From an uncultured Verrucomicrobiae bacterium (GTDB lineage Bacteria; Verrucomicrobiota; Verrucomicrobiia; Chthoniobacterales; Chthoniobacteraceae): 64,000 nt of DNA. The stretch is taken from the NCBI GenBank assembly GCA_963769025.1, contig CAVYKI010000009.1, positions 416,001 through 480,000 of the forward strand, written 5' to 3'. This document shows, in pieces, positions 32,567 through 41,892 of this stretch (the stretch's first letter is position 1; each line of letters starts with the position of its first letter). The translations under genes were made by a program, and so were the position numbers. The notes beneath the pieces were generated by a model. It worked only from the letters and a program-made list of their open reading frames with translations, ran no database searches and was not told the DNA's origin.

Positions 32567-34296
32567 GCATGAGCGAACGCGCGAAGCTCCGGTGGCAGCG
32601 ATTGGCGCGCGGCCTCGTTCTGCTGGCACTTCTCGCGCTCACTTTCGTCGCGCGCTGCCACAACCGCGAAAGCGTGTTCCATCACGGCGGCGTGTACTTT
32701 GTGGACGGCGACTGCTATTCGCGGATGACGCGGGCGAAGATGGTGTCGGAGGGGCAGTGGTTCATCCACCATCACGATTTCGAGAACTGGCCGCAGGGAG
32801 TCACGCCGCACACGACGGCACCGATGGACTGGCTGATTGTCGGCCTCAAGTCCGTCGTGGACGTGGTTTTCAAAATTGGCGACGCGCGTATTGCACCGGA
32901 GTACCGCACCCAATCACTTGATGTCGCAGGGGCGCTCATCTCGCCGCTGCTCGGCGTGCTGACTGCGGCGTGGCTTTGGTGGTGGGCCGGGAGGATGCGC
33001 GTGCCGTTCCGGGGGGCGATGGTGCTGCTATTCGCGCTGAGTCCCATCGCCGTCCACGGGACGGTGCTTGGACGGCCGGATCACCAGTCGTTGCTCATGT
33101 TCCTGCTGGCGGTCGCGCTTGGCTGCGAACTGCGGCTGATGCGTTCGGAGGATGACTCGAGGAAGCTCCGGCGCGCGTGGAGCATCGCCACGGTTTTCGC
33201 GTGGGGCATCGCGCTGTGGGTCTCGCTTTACGAGCCGCTGATGCTCCTGGTGCCGGTGAGCCTGACCCATCTCGTGATCGAGCGAAAAAAGCTCCTCGCG
33301 TCCCGGCGGGCGAAGAAGCTGATCGCGCTGGCGGGGTTCCTCGTGCTGATCTTTTTCCTCGAAGGCTGGCGCACGGAGGTGCCCGGTCCCGAACTGCGCG
33401 AGAGCTTCGCGCGCTGGTCCGCGGGCATCGGTGAACTCCGGCATCTGAATCCCACCGATGCCCTGCTCTGGGAATGGCTGGGTCTGCTCGTCGTGCTCGC
33501 GCCGGTGATGCTCTGTCTTGAAGCGCGGGAGGACCGGCGCGGGGTCGCGCTCCTCGCTGGCGTCGTGTTGCTGTTTGGCCTCACGGTCTGGCAACTGCGC
33601 TGGGGGTATTTTTTGCTGCTCGCCTATGTGATGTGCCTGCCGTGGATGCTCCGCGCTTTTCGCAGCGTCCCGATCGCGTGGGCTGCATTCGCCGTGGGGC
33701 TCGTGCCCATGGGCATGTCGTGGTCCCGCACTTTGCATCCCAAGGAAAAGATCGCACACGATCAGGCCTGGCGGCATCTGTCCCAGTCGCGGCTTCGCAC
33801 GATCGCCGCGAAGATGAGGGAGGGGCCGCGTGTTGGATTTCTCGCGCCGTGGTGGATGTCACCGCAACTCGCCTATTGGTCGGGTCAGCCGGGGGTCGCG
33901 GGGTCGAGCCACCAGAGCCTGCCGGGGACACTCGATGCAGCGCGCTTTTACCTTTCCACCGATGATGCGAAAGGCGCCGACTTGCTTCGCAAGCGACAGG
34001 TGGGATGGGTCATCGCGGATAACGCTTCGTACGATATTGCAGAGCGCGAACGATTGCTGGCCGTCACCAATTCCGAAGTCGTACTGGGTGTGCGCGCCCC
34101 GGAAGAGCCGCTGGGATACATTCTTGCCGAGCGTCCGAAGCAGGCGCCGAAGTATCTCCAGGAAGTCGGTCCCGGCGAACTCGGACTCGTGCTCGATTTT
34201 GCGCCGAAGACTGGACGCACCATCGAAAACCAAGGCATGAGAATCTATGCGACGCAGATGCATCATCTGTATCGTGTGCTACCGGACCTTCCATGA
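32563..34296 (+). CDS. STT3/AglB/PglB-like GT-C membrane glycosyltransferase with a variant WWD motif
   Basis: Polytopic; DGDCYSRM, GRPDHQ, GIGEL, QLRWGYF, PWWMSPQLAYW, DAARFYLSTD...LLRKRQVGWVI occur in AglB-like order. Confidence 0.75.
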   Translation: MSMSERAKLRWQRLARGLVLLALLALTFVARCHNRESVFHHGGVYFVDGDCYSRMTRAKMVSEGQWFIHHHDFENWPQGVTPHTTAPMDWLIVGLKSVVDVVFKIGDARIAPEYRTQSLDVAGALISPLLGVLTAAWLWWWAGRMRVPFRGAMVLLFALSPIAVHGTVLGRPDHQSLLMFLLAVALGCELRLMRSEDDSRKLRRAWSIATVFAWGIALWVSLYEPLMLLVPVSLTHLVIERKKLLASRRAKKLIALAGFLVLIFFLEGWRTEVPGPELRESFARWSAGIGELRHLNPTDALLWEWLGLLVVLAPVMLCLEAREDRRGVALLAGVVLLFGLTVWQLRWGYFLLLAYVMCLPWMLRAFRSVPIAWAAFAVGLVPMGMSWSRTLHPKEKIAHDQAWRHLSQSRLRTIAAKMREGPRVGFLAPWWMSPQLAYWSGQPGVAGSSHQSLPGTLDAARFYLSTDDAKGADLLRKRQVGWVIADNASYDIAERERLLAVTNSEVVLGVRAPEEPLGYILAERPKQAPKYLQEVGPGELGLVLDFAPKTGRTIENQGMRIYATQMHHLYRVLPDLP

Positions 34297-35687
34297 ACTG
34301 CGATTTTCTCATCATCGGCGGAGGCAGCGCGGGTTACGCCGCGGCGCGCACCGCCGTTTCACTCGGGCTGAAGACGTGCGTCGTGGACGGCGCGGATGAG
34401 CTTGGCGGGCTCTGCATCCTGCGCGGCTGCATGCCGAGCAAGACGCTGCTCGAATCCGCCAGCCGATACTCGACGTTGCGGCGCGCAGAGGAGTTTGGCC
34501 TGCGCGCGCGTGCGCTCGAAGTGCGCGGCCCGGAGATCCTCGAGCGCAAACGGAGGCTGATCGCCGGATTTGCTGAGTATCGGCAGGAGCAGCTCACCGC
34601 CGGAAAATTCGAACTGATCCGCGGGCATGCGCGCTTCCTCGATGCGAATACGGTCGAGGTGAAGCTGCGCGAAGGCGGCATGCAGCGCATCGAGGCCAGA
34701 AGCTTCCTGCTCGCGACGGGGTCTGTCGTCAGCGAACCGCCGCTCAAGGCCCTGGATGAAATCGACTGCTGGACCACCGACGAGGCGCTCGAAAGTGCCG
34801 AAGTGCCCGGGTCCATCATCGTGCTCGGTGGCGGGGCCACGGCGGTGGAATTTGCCACTTATTACGCCGGGCTGGATCGCGACGTGACGCTCATTCAGCG
34901 CAGCAAACAGCTCCTGACCGGAACCGACGCGGATCTCGCGCAGGCGCTCGCGCACGGCCTGCGGAATCGCGGGGTCCAGGTGTTCACCGAGACGAAGCTC
35001 GTGGGCGCTGAGCGGGCGGGGGATATGAAACGCGTCTCCTTCGAGCACGATGGCAACGAGCTCGCCGTGGACGCCGCGCAAGTGTTGCAAGCGCTGGGTC
35101 GCTCGCCGAACGTGCGCGGGCTGGGCCTCGATGCCGCGGGATTGAGCCTTGCAAAAGGACGCCCTGAGATGCGGCCCACGCAGCAGACCAGCCAGCCGCT
35201 CATCTTCGCGGCGGGTGATGTGTCGGGACCGTTCGAGATCGTTCACATCGCAATCCAGCAGGGTGAAGTCGCCGCCCGGAATGCCGCCCGCATTCTGGCC
35301 GGTGGAGCGGAACCGCTGGAGGAGACCGATTACCGGCTGAAGCTGTCCGTCATTTTCTCCGATCCGGAAGTGGCAACGGTCGGCCGCAGCGAGAACGAGC
35401 TGCGCGAGGAAGGCGTCGCGTTCCGCACGGCGAGTTATCCGTTCAACGACCATGGCAAGTCGATGTGCATGGGCGAGACGGACGGTTTTGTGAAGCTGAT
35501 GGTGGCGGAGGAGGGCGGGGAGATTCTCGGTGGCGCGTGCGTCGGCCCACATGCGGCGGAACTCATCCATGAAATCGTCGTCGCGATGCGCTTCCGGGCA
35601 ACGGCGGCGCAGCTCGCGGAGACGCCGCATTATCACCCGACGCTCAGCGAAATCTGGCAGTATCCCGCGGAGGAACTTGCGGGATAA
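34293..35687 (+). CDS. Class I pyridine nucleotide-disulfide oxidoreductase (dihydrolipoamide dehydrogenase-like)
   Basis: IGGGSAG, GGLCILRGCMPSK, AAGD, HPTLSE. Confidence 0.9.
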   Translation: MNCDFLIIGGGSAGYAAARTAVSLGLKTCVVDGADELGGLCILRGCMPSKTLLESASRYSTLRRAEEFGLRARALEVRGPEILERKRRLIAGFAEYRQEQLTAGKFELIRGHARFLDANTVEVKLREGGMQRIEARSFLLATGSVVSEPPLKALDEIDCWTTDEALESAEVPGSIIVLGGGATAVEFATYYAGLDRDVTLIQRSKQLLTGTDADLAQALAHGLRNRGVQVFTETKLVGAERAGDMKRVSFEHDGNELAVDAAQVLQALGRSPNVRGLGLDAAGLSLAKGRPEMRPTQQTSQPLIFAAGDVSGPFEIVHIAIQQGEVAARNAARILAGGAEPLEETDYRLKLSVIFSDPEVATVGRSENELREEGVAFRTASYPFNDHGKSMCMGETDGFVKLMVAEEGGEILGGACVGPHAAELIHEIVVAMRFRATAAQLAETPHYHPTLSEIWQYPAEELAG

Positions 35688-35729
35688 AAGGGCTGGCATA
35701 CCGTTCTGGCGCGAAGTTCGGCGGGGTGG

Positions 35730-35757
35730 TTGACACGCCCCCGCCGCGTCCCATACT
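35730..35757 (+). promoter_or_regulatory. Candidate sigma70 promoter for the bactofilin genes
   Basis: TTGACA (35730-35735), 16-bp spacer, CATACT (35752-35757), about 105 bp before the ATG. Confidence 0.55.
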
Positions 35758-35861
35758 GCCCCTCCGGTTTCGGGCGAAAAACTGAAAATTCCGTCTGAGA
35801 ATCGGGCCGCGCCGCGACGCCGGAATGCGGGAACATCCAACCAACAACTCCAAACAAAATC

Positions 35862-36257
35862 ATGGCAGACATCACGACCAACCAGAAGAACATCCTGAGC
35901 AGCGACGTCGAAATCAAAGGCTCAATCAAGTTTCAGAACGAACTCACCGTGGACGGCAAGGTGGAGGGGGAAATCACTTCCTCGGGCGTGCTCACTGTCG
36001 GTGAGAACTCGGAGATCAAGGGCGAGATCAAGACGAAGTCCGTGACGGTTTACGGCAAGGTGCATGGGAACATCACGGTCGAAGAACGCTGCGAGCTGAA
36101 GGCCCGCGCGACGCTCTACGGTGACTTGAAAGCGACGCGGCTCGTTATCGAGGAAGGCGCGACCTTTGTCGGCAAATCCGAGGTGACTCCGAACAAGGTC
36201 GCGATGAAGCAGCCGGAGATCGTGCGGAATCCCGAGACGCGCGCAGGCGGCCGCTAA
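35862..36257 (+). CDS. Bactofilin (polymer-forming cytoskeletal protein)
   Basis: Beta-helix repeats ILSSDVEIKGSI...VDGKVEGEI...LVIEEGATFVGKS. Confidence 0.93.
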   Translation: MADITTNQKNILSSDVEIKGSIKFQNELTVDGKVEGEITSSGVLTVGENSEIKGEIKTKSVTVYGKVHGNITVEERCELKARATLYGDLKATRLVIEEGATFVGKSEVTPNKVAMKQPEIVRNPETRAGGR

Positions 36258-36307
36258 CGGAAGCGCGTTCATCCCCGAGGTGGTTTTGCGCTGGTCGCGC
36301 GGGCGGT

Positions 36308-37177
36308 TTGCCCGTCCGCGCGGCCGGTGTTACTTTCGGGGACCAGAACGCTGGGAAACCCTCCGTGGCGAAAAACGCACGCAAGAACAGCGACAAGATG
36401 TCCGCCGTGTGCCCGCATTGCGGGTTCACGCAGGAGGAGTCTGTCGTGGCAAAGAGCACTTTCTGCCGGAAGTGCCAGGAGCACTATTCGCTGGAGAGGG
36501 CCCTCGCGGGGGAGCGCAGCATCGTCAAGGCGCCGTCGCTTTTTTCAAAGCTGACGCGGATGGTGGTCGGCGACCGGGAGCGGGAAGTTTGCTGCTTCAG
36601 TTGCGGCCACAAGCAGGTGCTGAGCACGGCCGCCCACAGCACGATGTGTCCGGGGTGCGCGGCCTACATGGATCTGCGCGATTTCAAGATCGAGAGCCCG
36701 TTTGGCCGCAGCGTGCAGACGGCCGGCGAGGTGCATGTCGCGACGCGCGGCGATGTGACGAGCACGCGGCTGATGTGCGGCTCGGCTTTCATCGAGGGCA
36801 GCCTGCGCGGTTGCATCGTCTGTACGGGCAGGGCGCGGGTGAAGATCAAGGGCAGGCTCACCGGCATGCTCGATTCGCAGCACATCCTTGTGGAGAAGGG
36901 GGCCGACATGGAGTTCGCGCGGCTGGTGCGGACGAAACTTTTCGAAGTGAGCGGCAAGACGCGCGCGCGGGTGCTGGCGGACAAGGTCGTCATCAACAAA
37001 GGCGGCTGGCTGGAGGGGACCGTCTATGCGCGGGCCATCTCCGTGGACAAGGGCGGCGTATTCAGCGGCGATCTGAATATCGGCCAGGAGGAATTCGACG
37101 TGCAGGAGGAGCCGATGGAAACGGACCGGCACATTGCGCGGTTCGACGACGACAACGTCGCGTTCGGTCCCGCATAG
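36308..37177 (+). CDS. Bactofilin-domain protein with two N-terminal zinc ribbons (start may be 36398)
   Basis: CPHC..CRKC and CFSC..CPGC, then repeats ending ISVDKGGVFSGDLNIG. Confidence 0.82.
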   Translation: MPVRAAGVTFGDQNAGKPSVAKNARKNSDKMSAVCPHCGFTQEESVVAKSTFCRKCQEHYSLERALAGERSIVKAPSLFSKLTRMVVGDREREVCCFSCGHKQVLSTAAHSTMCPGCAAYMDLRDFKIESPFGRSVQTAGEVHVATRGDVTSTRLMCGSAFIEGSLRGCIVCTGRARVKIKGRLTGMLDSQHILVEKGADMEFARLVRTKLFEVSGKTRARVLADKVVINKGGWLEGTVYARAISVDKGGVFSGDLNIGQEEFDVQEEPMETDRHIARFDDDNVAFGPA

Positions 37178-37189
37178 GGAACGCGGCGC

Positions 37190-38179
37190 CTACTTCGGCG
37201 GCGCAGGCACCGGCGGGACCGGTTTTGTGGCCGGCGGCGTGGAAGAGGGCGTCGCTGGCTCGGGGAGTGCCGGCTTTGGAGTCGCTGGCGCAGGCGTGCC
37301 GGACGTCGGCACGGGAGGCGCAGGCGCGGGAGGCGTCGCCGTTTCGGGCTTCTGAGTCGGCGGGACCGGAGTTGGCGGCGTCGTCGGCATCGGCAGCGGA
37401 GTCGTGACTCCGGCGGGAAGTCCGGGCGCGGGGGGCGTCGGAGCTGGTGTGATGCCGAGCGGGATTGCCGGCGGAGCGGGTGTCGGAGGCGGTGTGGGGC
37501 GCGGCGAACCGCCGGTCTTCCTTCCGGCGGCATTTTTGATTTCATCCAGCAAAATCCGCGCGTCTTCCGCGAAGGGATTGCCGGGGTATTTCTGTTCCAC
37601 GGACTCGAGCGCTTTTGCTGCTTCCTCGCCCCTGCCGAGCGCAATGAGCACCCGGGCCTGCCCCAGATATGCGAGCGGTGCAAAGGCACTGCTCCCGTGC
37701 GAAGCGGCAAACTGCTGGTAGGCTCCGAGGGCCTCGTCGAGTTTCCCGGCCGTTTCCAAAGAGGATGCGAGTGCATGCGAAGCGGGGACACGCAGCGGAT
37801 GCACCGGATATTTCTCCATGAATTCCTTCAGCGCCTGCGCCGCATCCGCGGACTTCCCTTCCTTGCGCAATTCTTCCGCCAGGCGGATGTACGCCGTGCC
37901 TGCCGCAGGCGTCCCCGACCAGTCTCCCGTCACCTTGCGATACTCGACTGCAGTCTTCGCAGCGGCGAGCGCCTCCTCCGAGCCGGCCTTCTTCCGGTAT
38001 TCCATGAACAGCCACACGCCCCACACGATCACCGCCAGCACCGCGGCGATGATAAGCCGGATGATGAGGCGCTGATGCAGGATCCAAAACGCCAGCAGGT
38101 CAAACTCCTGCGGCGGCTGCGGTGCCGGAGTGGAGAGAGCGGGCTTGGGCTCGTTGGAATCCGAGGCGGGTAGGGACAT
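37190..38179 (-). CDS. YfgM-like TPR membrane protein with a Pro/Thr-rich tail
   Basis: Single TM, TPR-like helices (FMEKYP, YLGQAR..LG), about 100 aa P/T/A-rich C-terminus. Confidence 0.8.
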   Translation of the reverse strand: MSLPASDSNEPKPALSTPAPQPPQEFDLLAFWILHQRLIIRLIIAAVLAVIVWGVWLFMEYRKKAGSEEALAAAKTAVEYRKVTGDWSGTPAAGTAYIRLAEELRKEGKSADAAQALKEFMEKYPVHPLRVPASHALASSLETAGKLDEALGAYQQFAASHGSSAFAPLAYLGQARVLIALGRGEEAAKALESVEQKYPGNPFAEDARILLDEIKNAAGRKTGGSPRPTPPPTPAPPAIPLGITPAPTPPAPGLPAGVTTPLPMPTTPPTPVPPTQKPETATPPAPAPPVPTSGTPAPATPKPALPEPATPSSTPPATKPVPPVPAPPK

Positions 38180-38317
38180 AGGGGCGCGAAATATTCAGAC
38201 CCGTCGCCAAAGTGCAAGACCTCCCTTGTCCCGTGCCGGTTTATTCCTCGGCCCCACACGGGCGGGCGTGCCGGGGGAAAACGGAAATCTCGCGGCGAGT
38301 CGAGGCGCGCCAATGCG

Positions 38318-39310
38318 CTACTCAGGGAAGCTCGCCAGCAATTCCTCGCGGGAGGTGACGGCGGTGCCGGTCTTCGCAACGACGATGCCGCTTGCGTGAT
38401 TGGCGATCTCGGCGGCTTCGCGCGGGGTCGCTCCGCCGGCGAGGGCGGCGGTGAAGACGGCGATGGCGGTGTCGCCCGCGCCGCTGACATCGATGACCTC
38501 CTGCGCGCGCGTGGGGATGTGGTGCGGCGGCTGGCCGGGGTCGAAGAGGACCATGCCCTGTTCGCTGAGCGTGACGAGCAGGTGGTCGCAGCGCCATTTC
38601 TCCAGGAGGACGGCGCCGACTTCGAGCAGCGCGCGATCCTCAAGGACGGAGTCGGCGGGCTCGGTTTCCTTCCGGCCGGCGAAACGGAAAGCCTCGCCGC
38701 GGTTGGGCGTGACGCACGTGACGTCATGCCAGCGGATGGGGTTGGTGGGCTTGGGGTCCACGGTGACGATTTTCCCGGCGGAACGTGCGGAGGTGACGAG
38801 CGCATCGACGAGCACCTGGTCGAGCAGGCCCTTGTCGTAGTCCTCCAAGATGATCGCATCGAGCGACGGCAGCAGGCGCTCGAAATGCGCGAGCACCTGA
38901 GTGCGCTGGCCGTCGGTGAAGCCGCGGCTCCGCTCGCGGTCCACGCGCACGACCTGCTGGTTGCGGGCGATGATGCGCGTCTTGCGGATGGTCGTGTAGC
39001 TGTCGTCGAAGACGACGCCGTCGAGCGCGATGCCGCGCGTCTCGAGCAGCCCGCGAAGGAGGCCGGCGTCGTGTCCCGTGCCCGCGAGGCTGATGAGATG
39101 CACGTGCTCCACGAACTCGCGAAGGTTGCGCGCGACGTTGGCCGCGCCGCCGGCGTCGAAGGTTTCCCTCACCACGTCCACGACCGGCACCGGCGCCTCC
39201 GGCGAAATGCGGCCGACCTTTCCCCAGATGAATTCATCGAGCATCATCTCGCCCACGACGAGGATGCGGCTCGATGGATTGAGGACGGAGGCGACGCGAG
39301 CGCGGTTCAT
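38318..39310 (-). CDS. rfaE1: D-glycero-beta-D-manno-heptose-7-phosphate kinase (PfkB fold, stand-alone HldE kinase domain)
   Basis: RISPEAPVPVV, GGAANVARN, QQVVRVD, DYDKG, VDPK, TPNRGE, DVSGAGDT. Confidence 0.88.
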   Translation of the reverse strand: MNRARVASVLNPSSRILVVGEMMLDEFIWGKVGRISPEAPVPVVDVVRETFDAGGAANVARNLREFVEHVHLISLAGTGHDAGLLRGLLETRGIALDGVVFDDSYTTIRKTRIIARNQQVVRVDRERSRGFTDGQRTQVLAHFERLLPSLDAIILEDYDKGLLDQVLVDALVTSARSAGKIVTVDPKPTNPIRWHDVTCVTPNRGEAFRFAGRKETEPADSVLEDRALLEVGAVLLEKWRCDHLLVTLSEQGMVLFDPGQPPHHIPTRAQEVIDVSGAGDTAIAVFTAALAGGATPREAAEIANHASGIVVAKTGTAVTSREELLASFPE

Positions 39311-40263
39311 TTGGCGAGGGCTTCACCCACCGCGGCGAAGAGCAGCGGCAGGTTGATTTCGTGATGGCCGACGATGTACACGCCGCGGCCGCCGAGCGCG
39401 GTGGGGCGGCGCTGGACGTTCTCCGCGGGGCGGTAGTGGCGCGTCATGTCGAAGGTGGCGGTGGTGAATTTCTCCGCCCTGTGGCCGAGGTTGCGGGCGA
39501 TGGTGAGCGCCTTGAGGAAGACTTCCGGCATGATGACCGCGCTGCCGACGTTCAGCACGACGCCGCCTTCGAGCTGCGCGCAGACGGCGGCAAAGGTCTG
39601 GAAATCGCGGTAGCTCGCCTCGCCGAGCACGGCGCCGTTCGTGGTCGGATGCTGGTGGATGATGTCCGTGCCGATGCCGATGTGGACGGTGACGGGCGCG
39701 CCGAGTTCCGCGCCGGTGGCCATGATGGAGAGGTGCCTGTTCGGAAACGCGAGGGCCGTTTCGCTCCGGAGCATGGCTTCGCCAAGGGCGCGTCCTGCGC
39801 CGAGTCCGCGCGCGACGCCGTCGGCCATCGCGGCGTTCATCATGCGGCCGGTCTCGTCCGCCATGCCGAAGCTGCCGTCATCCAGCCCGCGCTGCACGTC
39901 CTCACTCGTCTCGCCCTGGTAGCAGAGCTCGAAGTCGTGGATTGCGCCCGCGCCATTGAAAGCGACCGCGCTGACAAAGCCGCGCCGCATGGCGTCCACG
40001 ATGATGGGATTCAGTCCGACCTTGATGGCGTGCGCGCCCATCATGAGCAGCACGGGGCGTCCGCTTTTCACCGCCGCGGCGATCGCTCCGACGACGTGAC
40101 GGAGGTCCTGCACGGCGAGGAAATCCGGCAGCGAATCGAGGAACGACGTGAAGCTCGCGCCCGCGGTGTGCGGCTTGGCAAAGGCCTCGACGGCGACTTT
40201 GTTCGCGCGGTCGGCGACCGGGTAGGTGCGGATCTTGGAAAAATCGAGCGGCGGAAATTCCAT
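39307..40263 (-). CDS. Conserved hypothetical protein, deoxyhypusine-synthase-like fold (tentative)
   Basis: MGAHAIKVGL, NGAGAIHDFE, GTDIIH, GSAVIMPEVFLKAL, GHHEI; 4-bp overlap with rfaE1. Confidence 0.75.
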   Translation of the reverse strand: MEFPPLDFSKIRTYPVADRANKVAVEAFAKPHTAGASFTSFLDSLPDFLAVQDLRHVVGAIAAAVKSGRPVLLMMGAHAIKVGLNPIIVDAMRRGFVSAVAFNGAGAIHDFELCYQGETSEDVQRGLDDGSFGMADETGRMMNAAMADGVARGLGAGRALGEAMLRSETALAFPNRHLSIMATGAELGAPVTVHIGIGTDIIHQHPTTNGAVLGEASYRDFQTFAAVCAQLEGGVVLNVGSAVIMPEVFLKALTIARNLGHRAEKFTTATFDMTRHYRPAENVQRRPTALGGRGVYIVGHHEINLPLLFAAVGEALAK

Positions 40264-40266
40264 GGA

Positions 40267-41844
40267 CTACGATCCTGGCGCGCCGGGCGGCGGCTCCTGC
40301 TTCCACTTGTCGCTGCGAAACGGGCTGGCGGGCAGTCCGGCGCCATTCACGAGATTGAGGTCGGGGTTGTCCGCCCAGCCGTAGCGGATGGCGACGGGGT
40401 TCGGCACGTCCGGGGACGAAACGATGATGTGGTCGTGCCCGATCTCCGCCTTCGCCCAATGGAATTTCTTGTCCTCGCCCGCGAGCGCGAAGCCCTTGAT
40501 CGGCCCGCCGTCCGTCGTCTTCAGGCCCTGCGCGTGGCTCAGGTTCAGCCGGACCTTGCCATCCTCGACCTGCATGCCGCCGTAGAGCGGGCCGGAGTAT
40601 TCCACTTCGTTGAAATAGACCTGAGCGAGAGCCGAGAGCGCAAGGCGGTGCCCGACCTCCTGCTTGTTCTTCGGGTGGATGTCGTTCGCCTCGCCGACGT
40701 CGATGGCAACGGCCATGCCGGTGCGCGGGACTTCCAGCGTTCCGGTCTGCGCCTCACGGATCTGCGCCCAGTAGCTGTCCGTCGGCTGGTCGAATCGCTT
40801 TTGGAAATTGGCGAGTTGCACGAAGAGGAACGGGAAGTCCGACCCCTCCCGCGGCATGCCCTGTGCCTTCGCAAACTCATAGCGCCACGAGAGGATCATC
40901 GTCGGGAAAAGCTGGCCGTAGAGGTCCATGTTGCCGCGGTTGTTCGGTCCCGCGTTACTCTCGCCCTGATACCAGATCGCGCCGCGGATCGTGTACGAAG
41001 TGACGGGCGCAATCATCCCATTATAGAGGCCGCTTGGAGCGCCGTTCAACGAATCCGGTCCTTCGGGCGCGCGTGGCGGACGGGGGGCGGGCTTGCCTTC
41101 GGCCTTCGCCTTCTCCGCTGCCTCCTTGTGCGCGGCGAGTTGCTTTTCGTAAGCCTCCTTCGCGGCGGGATAGGCCTCCATCTTTTTCTGCCAATGCGCG
41201 CCGAATGCCTCGTTCGATTTCATCCCGCTCTCGGGGATCCACGTCTCGACCGGCGTGCCGCCCCACGATGTGTGGATGAGGCCGAATGGCTGTTTCGTTT
41301 TCTCATGGAGCTCGCGGACGAAAAAGTAGCCCACCGCGCTGAAGCGCCCCGCGTTCTCCGGAGTCGCGATCTCCCATTTGCCTGCGCAGTCATCGAGCGG
41401 CGTCTTGCTGCCTTTTTTCACCACGGTGAAGACGCGGATGTCCGGGAACTTCGCCGCGGCGATTTCCTGCTCCGCGTCCTTCGCCTTGTCCACGGTCCAC
41501 TCCATGTTCGATTGCCCGCTCGCGACCCACACCTCGCCGACTGCGACATTTTTCACGGCCAGCGTGTTTTTGCCCGCGACGGTCATCTCCTTGCCGGTGC
41601 CGGGCGTGAGAGCTTCGAGCTTCACGCTCCACTTTCCCGCTGCGTCGGCAGTGGTGCTGGCGGACTTGTCGCCGAGGGTGACGGTGACCTTTTCGCCAGG
41701 ATCGGCGGTGCCCCAGACGTTGGCTTTCGAATTTTGGAGCAGCACCATGTTGTCGCTGATGAGCGCGGGGAGTTTCACGTCGGCGGATGCCGTGAACGAG
41801 CAGCCGAGAAATGCGGCGAGGGCGGGGGCGAGTGGGAGTTTCAT
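40267..41844 (-). CDS. Sialate O-acetylesterase (SGNH) family
   Basis: GEVWVASGQSNME, FSAVGY, WGGTPVETW, IWYQGESN, DIHPKNK. Confidence 0.92.
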   Translation of the reverse strand: MKLPLAPALAAFLGCSFTASADVKLPALISDNMVLLQNSKANVWGTADPGEKVTVTLGDKSASTTADAAGKWSVKLEALTPGTGKEMTVAGKNTLAVKNVAVGEVWVASGQSNMEWTVDKAKDAEQEIAAAKFPDIRVFTVVKKGSKTPLDDCAGKWEIATPENAGRFSAVGYFFVRELHEKTKQPFGLIHTSWGGTPVETWIPESGMKSNEAFGAHWQKKMEAYPAAKEAYEKQLAAHKEAAEKAKAEGKPAPRPPRAPEGPDSLNGAPSGLYNGMIAPVTSYTIRGAIWYQGESNAGPNNRGNMDLYGQLFPTMILSWRYEFAKAQGMPREGSDFPFLFVQLANFQKRFDQPTDSYWAQIREAQTGTLEVPRTGMAVAIDVGEANDIHPKNKQEVGHRLALSALAQVYFNEVEYSGPLYGGMQVEDGKVRLNLSHAQGLKTTDGGPIKGFALAGEDKKFHWAKAEIGHDHIIVSSPDVPNPVAIRYGWADNPDLNLVNGAGLPASPFRSDKWKQEPPPGAPGS

Positions 41845-41892
41845 GGGAAAGGGCGCGCAGCTTGGCGGAGACGCGGGCGTGCGGCAAGCCTG

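Noticed and set aside
34293..35687. Mercuric reductase call
   Set aside because: No C-terminal Cys-Cys pair or N-terminal HMA domain; it has HPTLSE instead. A strict lpdA call is also withheld because no dehydrogenase complex genes are adjacent.
35758..35861. Riboswitch in the bactofilin leader
   Set aside because: No match to consensus elements I can recognise; an Rfam scan would be decisive.
37190..37510. Repetitive GC-rich stretch
   Set aside because: Explained by the Pro/Thr/Ala-rich protein tail; not a DNA repeat array.
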